Source of the DNA: Eledone cirrhosa
Taxonomy: Eukaryota
Direction of reading: 5' to 3'
DNA length: 64,000 bases
Assembly: GCA_964016885.1 (NCBI GenBank)
Contig: OZ024745.1
Location: 22,630,001 to 22,694,000 of the forward strand
Below the pieces are notes generated by a model, which searched no databases, was not told where the DNA came from, and saw only the letters and a program-made list of their open reading frames with translations. Position 1 is the first letter of the stretch. Each line of letters opens with the position of its first letter. A program made the translations under genes and the position numbers. Of the stretch, positions 54,802 through 64,000 are shown piece after piece.

Positions 54802-55965
54802 TGTGTGTGTGTGTGTGGTGTGTGTGTATGTGTGTGTGTGTGTGTGTGTTTGCGCGCGCGCGTGTGTGTGTGTGTATGTGTGTATGTGTGTGTGTGTACA
54901 TGTATTCGTATTAAATATACAGATAATATAAATGTAAAGAGGAAAGCTTTAACACTGGAATGTTTTTCACTGTTAAAGTATGCGGCGCGTGGAGAGGATC
55001 GCCATTATGGTTATAAATGTTTAGAAACTTTATTGTTTTCATACGCGATGCAGGAACAATTCGTTTGCCAGCGATTGTTTTCTGCTTCAAATATGCAGAC
55101 AATAATTTCTTCCTCGTGTTTAGGATCTCCATGTCATTGGAAGAGGATTATATTACTCGATCTGGGAAGTTTGCAGTATCCAATGGGATGCCACAAATTT
55201 GATTAATCATTTGACATTCATTCGATACAAAACTCAACACCATTTAGAAACTCAATCTTGCTATTAGAATCCTACCTTCACCACCATGAAGCAGAAAAAT
55301 CAGCCTTGTCACGGTCGTCTCGAATCTGAAGTCATATTATATACATTTTTAGTTTTGTCACTCGCTTCCAGGGTCATAATCATATTCACCGAGCATAGCT
55401 ATGTCAGTTTTCTTTAAGATAGGAAGTATCTGTCAAAAATATCCTAAAGTATCATGATCTTGTCATTGACAGATAGGTTCACAAACCTCGCTATTTCTTA
55501 TCCATTCCCACAGATAAACCCACAGTTTTGAATTATTTTTCCGGTTTGCTGCTGACATCAATGTTTTAAACAAATTTGCTGTCAGATGAAAAATGAAATT
55601 GGTATACAGAATGAATATGTACCAAAACTGTATATATATGTACCATAAGGTTAAATATATACCAGAAAATTATATATACACCTGAAAGTTATATATATAT
55701 GTATATGTAAAAGAAGGTTATATATATAACTTAAGATTGAATATTTATTAGAAGGTTATGTATACACCTGAAATTGTATATATATACTAACAGAATGACC
55801 CGGCGTTGCTCGGGATTTGCTCTAGGGTTCTTATATATTTGATATATATTTATCCTTATCGAGCCCCGTGAAATAAATACGTTTGTTTATATTGTGTTAT
55901 TGTGTATACAAAAATATCTGTACACGAATATATAATTATATATATACATTAAAATAACAGATTAA

Positions 55966-56016
55966 AGTTTAAGCAAAGAATCGCTGCTTTCACCCTTAAC
56001 GGGATCTTCTGAAACT
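55966..56016 (-). ncRNA. hammerhead-like ribozyme, CAGAAGA variant (family B)
   Basis: Minus strand: agttt CAGAAGA tcccgttaagggt GAAA gcagcgattctttgc TT aaact. Confidence 0.72.
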
Positions 56017-56142
56017 AAAATTAAAAAATCAATCTGTGAACGCAGAAGTAAATATTTCGAAAAACGTTACACACACTATATATATATATATATATATATC
56101 AAAATGAAAATCCGAAGGCAAGGTAAAATTCCAATCATTTCA

Positions 56143-56216
56143 TCACGACACATGTTTCAATAAGTGATAGATCGATTGTGAAGCCATGATCGATTATCAC
56201 TGATCTCATCAGGTGA
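56143..56216 (-). ncRNA. type I hammerhead ribozyme with long stem II
   Basis: Minus strand: tcac CTGATGA gatc-agtgata-atcgat...atcgat-c-tatcact-tatt GAAA catgtg TC gtga. Confidence 0.82.
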
Positions 56217-56442
56217 AAATGAATTGTCTTCAAATTCTTGATATAACGATCTTTTTCTAGAGCATTGAAAAGTTTAAATGTTTTTTGCTCAGAACACTGA
56301 CAGGACCATAAGTATTACATGTGTAAAGTTTGAAAACAATCGTTTGGGTGGTTCTCGAGTTTTAGTGATTGGACAAACAGACAGACAAACAAACATTTTC
56401 TATTTTAGATATATAGATAAGCATATCTTTATATATATATAT

Positions 56443-56579
<137 letters not shown>

Positions 56580-56582
56580 TAC

Positions 56583-56658
<76 letters not shown>

Positions 56659-56809
56659 ATACTTTGGGAAGGTCATGTTGCCAATAAGAAACACACGCAC
56701 CAGCTTTCACTTCAATTTATTATTATAAATTTATAAATTTAGGAATTTATAAATTTCCGGTTGGTTGGTTGGTTGGTTGGTTCCACAACCAGATGGTTAT
56801 TTATATATT

Positions 56810-56852
56810 GTCAAAGTTCTTTCGTCACACATTCTGTGACCTCTTCAGTGAC
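56810..56852 (-). ncRNA. minimal type I hammerhead ribozyme
   Basis: Minus strand: gtca CTGAAGA g-gtcaca-gaatg-tgtgac GAAA gaac TT tgac. Confidence 0.82.
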
Positions 56853-57076
56853 TGGGGATTCTTTTCTTTGTTTTTGTGCCTCTCCTTTGTTTTGTCCTAC
56901 GCCATCTATTTTCTGTGTGTGTGCTATGTGCTTAGTCTGAGCATGCGCCACATCCGGGTGTCTGTGTGTGTTTATATTCGTTTATTTATTTGTTTATTTA
57001 CATGTTACTGGTTGGTTGTTCTATGTGCGTGTGTGTTTTCATTTTGTCCTTAATTGTAAGTTGTGATGTTGCTGTT

Positions 57077-58590
57077 TCACTCATATTTTCTATTTAATTT
57101 TGGTTGTAATTCTTTTATGTTTATTGCCTCTGTAATTTGTCTAAACATTGCGTCTTTTCTGTGTGTAGATTCTATTTTTATTTCTATGTTCTCTAATTTA
57201 CCCTTGTGTTCTATCTTACCATGTTGGTAGAGTACAGATGATTCTTTACTATCTTGAAGGTCTCGCCAGTGTACATTTATCCGTTCCTCTATACTACGAG
57301 CTGTCTCACCTATGTACACTATATTTTTATCTCTACATTGTCCTTCTGTACATCTTATACTATATACTACATTTCTAGTTTTACAGTTAATATGGGGACT
57401 TAATTTACAGATTATACATTTCTTATCTATACAGGGAGGTCTTTGAAAAGGGTGTCTTGCTAATAAGTGTTTTTATGGAGGTACCTGGTCTTTCTACTAT
57501 CTTAATATTGAGTTTATGTTTATCTAGGGCCCTTCTAAATTTGTAAGCTAATTCACCTCTAGGGGTTGTGTCGATGAACATTACACTCTGGTATTTATTG
57601 CTATCATACCATGAGTTTATTCTATTAGCCTTATTCCTAGTTCTTTCTATTCTATTCCAAAATTTGCTCCTATGCAAGGGGCAGGTCCCATTTGTGTCAT
57701 TATTTACCATTTTTTCCCATTTGGTTCTGACTCCTCTATATACTCTGATTTTATCTCTCTGATTGTAACCAGAGAACTGCATGCGGTGGATGAAGTGTTG
57801 TATGTGTCGCTCTAGTTCTTCGGGGTTGCACATGCGGGACACGTTTCTCATCACCCGTACCAAATCTGCAATCAGTATGTTGATTTTGGTATGGTCCGAA
57901 ATAGCTGAGTTTCGGTGGATCAGATATTTGGAAGTCATGGGTTTGGCATAATGGGAATGGAGGATTTGTTTTTTGTTATTAATGGTATCTAACCAGAGCT
58001 CTGTGTCTAGTACGGGTAATCGCTGGTTGGGGTGTTTGCTTGGGTAGTCTATAGTAACTCTAATACTCTGGTGGATGGAGTTAGCTATTTGCTGGATGCT
58101 TTCCATTGTGTTTTTCTCTAATTCCTGACTGTTCTCTAGTGGTGGTGTTTTAACTACGATGTTTATATCATCAACGTAGCGGGAGTACATTATCAGGGTT
58201 AAGGGGTCTTCTAATTGTTCTTTAAGTTTATCTGTGTGGATTTTCTTGGCCATTGAGATAATGGTAGGTGGTCTGCCTGTTGCTGGTCTTGTAGGGCACA
58301 GGTTGCTAAGGTCATATGTATCTAGATAATTATTACTATAGGTAAGTTTAAGTAGGAGTCCCAGCTCACTGGTATCAATCCCACGGAATTCAACATTGCT
58401 CTCACTGATCATTTCTACGCATTTCAGTAAAATCCACGTCAATAGATGGATACAGGGACACAACATCCATACTACCTATTATGCAGTCTGTTAGGTCCCT
58501 AGATCGGTTACTCTCGCCGATTCTGCTGAGGAGGTCCTCCGTGCTGTCACATACATCTGGGGACATTTCAATGATCATACGCCCCATCAT
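57077..58590 (-). pseudogene. PLE RT + GIY-YIG pseudogene
   Basis: GSMDVVSLYPSI, YSRYVDDI, LPVLD, HYAKP, MQFSGY, YIGETARS; frameshifts; the PMG-type motif region is missing. Confidence 0.9.
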
Positions 58591-58639
58591 TGAAATTAAA
58601 TTATGAAGTTAAATTAAATTGAAGTTAAATTATGGTGTG

Positions 58640-59038
<399 letters not shown>

Positions 59039-59627
59039 AGAAAGTTATATATGTACCAAAAGGTTGAACATTCGCCAGAAAGTCTTGGTTGGATAAGCAC
59101 TAAAATCTTACTTTGAGAATATGGTGTTGATGCTGCAGTGAAAATTGTTTAATCCAAGTTTATATATCCAAACAGTATTCAACATCGTTTTCGTGACAGT
59201 GATAAGAAAAAGAAACAGTCTAAAGTCTGTCTCAACCCCGCTCCATATGTTTGGTACTTACCCTGATTTCCTTGACGTTGAGTGACTGAGAATAGAAGAC
59301 TACCTCGTGGACATGACTCTGCTAAATCAATGCAGAATTAAACCCGCAACTACTCATATTCAGCTGAGTATACCCACGACATTATGATCGTAAGTCCAAC
59401 ACCCCAAACACTAAGCCACGCGCATTTGCAAGGAACATACAAACTACACGACAAAACAGTTTCCAGAAATGTTTAGTCCTTGTGTGGAAACATCGCAGAA
59501 ACAATTGTATTGATACCATCCAATTGAAAGCCAATGAAGTTTACCTAGTTCCACTATTATTAACATATGTACGTATAGAACTATCTTTCATTATTTAGCA
59601 GTAGAAACAATTATTTAATTGCAGGGG

Positions 59628-59822
59628 ATTGGTAGTACCGAAGGAGCGTTGGACAACATGCTTGGCAGAATAGAGTTACGGTCCTTTTACGGTCTGAGTT
59701 CAAATCCCGCCGAGGCTAACTTTGCCTTTTATCCTAACGGGGTCAATAAAATAAAGTACCAGTAATGAACTGCAGTCGATGATTTAATCGACTTTCCCTT
59801 TCCCCCAAATTACGGGCCTTGT
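59628..59822 (+). mobile_element. tRNA-derived SINE (main family)
   Basis: B-box and core. Confidence 0.85.
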
Positions 59823-60637
59823 TGTCGTCCATACCCATGATCGTCTTGAGGTTAAAATCTAATATAAACGTGATTCACTTACCTAATTCACTGCAAATCT
59901 TGATCAATATTTATTGAAATATCTTGACAATTTTAAATTGAAATTTAAAATGGCAGAACTAGATATATATAATTATAAACCATCTATTTGCCTTATATAA
60001 TTGATATTTCTGCGGTAGCCTTAATATCATTTGTTAAGGGTATATAAAACCCTTGACGTGGGTATATAAAACCCTTGAGACTGAAAAGTGTGTCATCTGT
60101 GGGAATGGAACTCATATCTGCCGCATGCCCGACGGCTGAACTATCGTTACCCTAAGCGAGAATGACCATTTTTATGTTTCATCTTTCAACCAGTCCTTTC
60201 CTTTGTCCCGTAACTCCTCATGATAACGCATGTACGTCGTATCAACATATGGCGATTATAAGATACTTATTGACCTGGTGGAGCCCTTCGCCTTTCCAGG
60301 TCTGAGAACAGCAGATTTCTTCCAGCAGAGAAAGATAGAGAGTGACAGAATGGAAGTGAGAAAGAAATATAGAGGAAGAATGGAACCCACTGGAAATTTT
60401 TATCGAATTTGAATGGATGAAAGACAAAGTTAATGGATACCGCAAATTTTATCCGACGTTCCAATTCGCCGCCACCTTTCTACCAGTAGATGTAAACAAA
60501 TAAATAATTGATTTAAGAAGAGTTTATCGAATTTGAGTTCAAATTCAATCAATGCTATGTAAAATTGTTGTTTTTTCTATTGGCTAAAAGCTGAGACTTA
60601 AAATGATTGGTAGATGGTTACACTGACTTTGATGAAG

Positions 60638-60776
60638 GCACATGGCTTAGTGGTTAGAGCATTGGGCTTGCAATCGAAAGGTTGTGAGTTCAATTCTCGG
60701 ACCGGGTGATGTGTTGTTTCCTTGAGCAAAACACTTTATTTAACGTTGCTCCAGTTTACTCAGCTGTAGAAATGAG
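60638..60776 (+). mobile_element. second tRNA-derived SINE family (V-domain-like)
   Basis: TGGCTTAGTGGTTAG A-box, GAGTTCAATTCTC B-box, TGTTGTTTCCTTGAGCAAAACACTT core. Confidence 0.7.
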
Positions 60777-61062
60777 ATGATAGGGCTGGGGTCTCTATCA
60801 TTAAATTACCCAACACACCTCCAACGAGATATACCTTGATTGTAGCAGCTAACAATTATCTAATATATTTTCAGAATTCATATGTATCTTATTTTAATAT
60901 CTATGCCTTAGCTGATATTTAGTACATTCAGTCTATATTACTATTACTGCTTCAGCTCCTGTCAACCGTCTCTCAGATTTTACACAGAAATACATTCTTA
61001 GGTTGTTTGACAAATATGTATAAATATATGTATGTTTGTATGTATGTACCATTGTGTATATT

Positions 61063-61095
<33 letters not shown>

Positions 61096-61135
61096 ATAAT
61101 TAATTGCAATTATTTGCTTGTATTTATGAATGCGT

Positions 61136-61168
<33 letters not shown>

Positions 61169-61628
61169 GAGAGAGAGATACATATATGGATATACAGATG
61201 TGTATGCGTGTATATGTGTATATGTATATATATATATATATAAATTATTAATACAATAACAGAGATAGTTTAAAGCTAATCTCTGACTGGTAACCATCTC
61301 ACTCAACAAACATTAGGTTATATTTTAATATAAACCCAATTTAAGTGTTTGGGGTGCTAACAATATGTATTATGTGGAAAAGCCAGTTGTATTATTTTAT
61401 GAGATATAATTAAAGTTAAAATATATATATATATTTCGTTTCTGAAATATATATATATATATATATATGAAATAAAAAATCAAGTCATTAGAGATATACT
61501 TCACTGCTTTACGATCGTTTCTAGATGGTGATAATACATTGTATCTATACTCAGTTATTGATCTATGTAAGTTTACAAACTATCAGATAGAGAGAATATT
61601 TACTTACATGCATATCACCAGCTGATAT

Positions 61629-61659
<31 letters not shown>

Positions 61660-61916
61660 AATAAAGTAGGAAAGGTAAAGGAAAAGAGAGTGCTCTATGT
61701 AGGCTACAGAGCTTTTTAGTTATGTAATAAACAACATAAGAAAATTATTTCATTTACCAATGGTTTCTTGAAGACAGATATTTATGTCTGTCTTCATTCA
61801 TCAGGAAAAATTTTTTTAATAAAAAATGTTTCTGATCAATGAAGACAGACATAAATATTTGTCTTCAAGAAACCATTGGTAAATGAAATAATTTTCTTAT
61901 GTTGTTTATTACATAA
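61660..61916. mobile_element. two-armed PLE terminal insertion, family G-related, with two HHR copies
   Basis: 61720-61804 inverted vs 61832-61916; left arm tail shares GAGTGCTCTATGTA..CAGAGC with ~33150. Confidence 0.85.
61747..61808 (-). ncRNA. hammerhead-like ribozyme
   Basis: Minus strand: CTGATGA a-tgaagacaga-cataaata-tctgtcttca-a GAAA cca-t-tgg TA; the plus copy at 61832 has CTGATCA. Confidence 0.7.
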
Positions 61917-62015
61917 ATATATATATATATATATATATTTATATGTGTGTGTGTGTATGTATAAATGAAAGAATGAATAAATAAATAAATATTCATTCTT
62001 ATATATATATATCCG

Positions 62016-62149
<134 letters not shown>

Positions 62150-62181
62150 TGTATATATATATATATATATATGTGTGTTTG

Positions 62182-62249
<68 letters not shown>

Positions 62250-62659
62250 CATGCATAATAACTCACCAGCGTGCGTATACTCACAGCTACATACACATAC
62301 ACATTTACACATACACATAAACATACACATACACCCATACAACCTACCTTACATTGCTTTCATCATTCCGCCTTTTACTGTTTTGCAGGAATCCATTTAT
62401 TTTTAAAGAGTTTTAGGTTAAAAATAAGTAAAAAAGAGAATATATATATATTAACAAATATATAAATATATAGAATAAAAGAAGAAAATAAAGAAAGAAA
62501 ACTGAGGAAAGAGAGAAAAGGGGAAAGAGAAGGTGAAAATAGAGAGAGAGAAAGAGTGCGAAAGAGAGAGAGAGAGCGAGAGAGAGAGAGTGAGAGAGTT
62601 AATTGCCTCTTTACATCCTCTGCTAACCTCTATCACTCACACACTGATGTGGTTTTTAT

Positions 62660-63619
62660 GGTTACTGTTGTTGTTGTTGTTATTGTTGTTGTTATTGTTG
62701 TTGTTATTGCTGTTGTTATTGTTGTTGTTGCTGCTATTGTTGTTGTTATTGCTGTTGTTATTGCTGTTGTTGTTGTTATTGCTGTTGTTTAATATGTTGT
62801 TATTGTTGTTGCTGCTATTATTGTTGTTATTGCTGTTGTTATTGCTGTTGTTGTTGTTGTTTCTGTTGTTATTGCTGTTCTTATTGTTGTTGTTGCTGGT
62901 ATTATTGTTGTTATTGCTGTTGTTATTGCTGTTGTTGCTGCTATTATTGTTGTTATTGCTGTTGTTGTTGTTGTTGTTGCTGCTATTATTGTTGTTATTG
63001 CTGTTGTTGTTGTTGTTGTTGCTGCTATTATTGTTGTTATTGCTGTTGTTATTGCTGTTGTTGTTGTTGTTTCTGTTGTTATTGCTGGTGTTGTTGTTAT
63101 TGCTGTTGTTATTGTTGTTGTTGCTGCTATTATTGTTGTTATTGCTGTTGTTATTGCTGCTATTATTGTTGCTATTATTTTTTATGTCATTTGTATTGTT
63201 GTTACTGTAGTTGTTGCTGTTTGTTATTGTTGTTGTTGTTGTTATTGCTGTTGCTGTTATTGTTGTTCTTGTTGTTGCTTTTGTTATCGCTGTTGTTGTT
63301 GTTGTTGCTGTTACTGTTGTTATTGATGTTGTTGTTGCTATTATAGTTTTTATTACTGTTGTTGTTGCTGTTATTGTTAATATTGTAGTTATTTTTGTTA
63401 TTGTTGTTGTTGTTGTAATTATTGTTGTTGTTGTAAGTATTGTTGTTCTTGTTATTATTGCTGTTGTTGTGTCATAATTATTATGGTTGTTATAATTGTT
63501 GTTGTCGTTGTTAATGTTGTAATTTTATGGCGGTTGTTGTTGTTATTGTAAATCTTTATGTTTATATTTTTTTATTATTGGTGTCGTTATTTCTATCGAT
63601 GTTTGTCTGTTGTTGTTGT

Positions 63620-63653
<34 letters not shown>

Positions 63654-63960
63654 ATTGGTGTTGGTGTTATTGTTGTTGGTGTTGTTCTTATTGTTGTTGT
63701 TGGTGTTATTGTTGTTGGTGTTATTGTCGTTGGTGTTGTTGGTGTTGTTGTTATTGTTGTTGTTGTTATTGTTGTTGGTGTTATTGTTGTTGGTGTTGTT
63801 GTTGGTGTTGTTGTTGTTATTATTGTTGGTGTTATTGTTGTTGGTGTTGTTGTTGTTATTGTTGTTGGTGTTATTGTTGTTAGTGTTATTGTTGTTGTTG
63901 TTATTGTTGTTGGTGTTATTGTTGTTGTTAACATTATTGTTGTTGTCGTTATTACAGTTG
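62660..63960. repeat. compound (GTT/ATT/GCT/GGT)n array
   Basis: Direct reading; explains the poly-L/V/N/T/C ORFs. Confidence 0.93.
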
Positions 63961-64000
63961 ATCATAATCTTCATTTCTTGCTTTTTTTGTTTATTGTATT

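Larger units (their letters stand above)
55787..56417 (-). mobile_element. non-autonomous Helitron-like element containing PLE pieces
   Basis: Minus strand: A|TCTATATATC...(GTCT/GTTT)n at the 5' end; CCCGAGCAACGCCGGG hairpin then TTAG|T at the 3' end, same as 32577-32604. Confidence 0.72.
56653..58590 (-). mobile_element. 5'-truncated, internally deleted PLE, family C
   Basis: RT and GIY-YIG fragments, 3'UTR with HHR, ends at (TA)n. Confidence 0.9.

Overview
Repeat-saturated, AT-rich animal DNA with no host protein-coding exon that I can support. The microsatellite load and the SINE types suggest an intronic or intergenic segment of a coleoid cephalopod (octopus-like) genome; that is inference. 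Most ORFs in the track are translated microsatellites. The real content is: (1) Penelope-like retroelements (PLEs): one intact 709-aa RT + GIY-YIG ORF (17229-19358, -), three broken or truncated coding copies, and many short terminal fragments from at least eight families, almost all inside (TA)n tracts; (2) about 20 hammerhead-ribozyme (HHR) motifs read by eye in the PLE termini, including recurrent CCGAAGA and CAGAAGA core variants; (3) a young 5'-truncated RTE LINE with a target-site duplication (TSD), plus Tx1/L1-like and CRE-like fragments; (4) about 19 copies of a tRNA-derived SINE, two Helitron-like elements, mariner-like MITEs and several minisatellites. The main unexplained pattern is a shared insertion architecture across several distinct PLE families. 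Two oppositely oriented arms have their 3' ends pointing outward into (TA)n; one stops at a fixed 'short end' and the other at a fixed 'long end' 30-170 nt further on. Inner breakpoints often fall in the ribozyme. The one full-length copy is exactly one circularly permuted unit long, which fits double priming on a circular or tandem RNA template.
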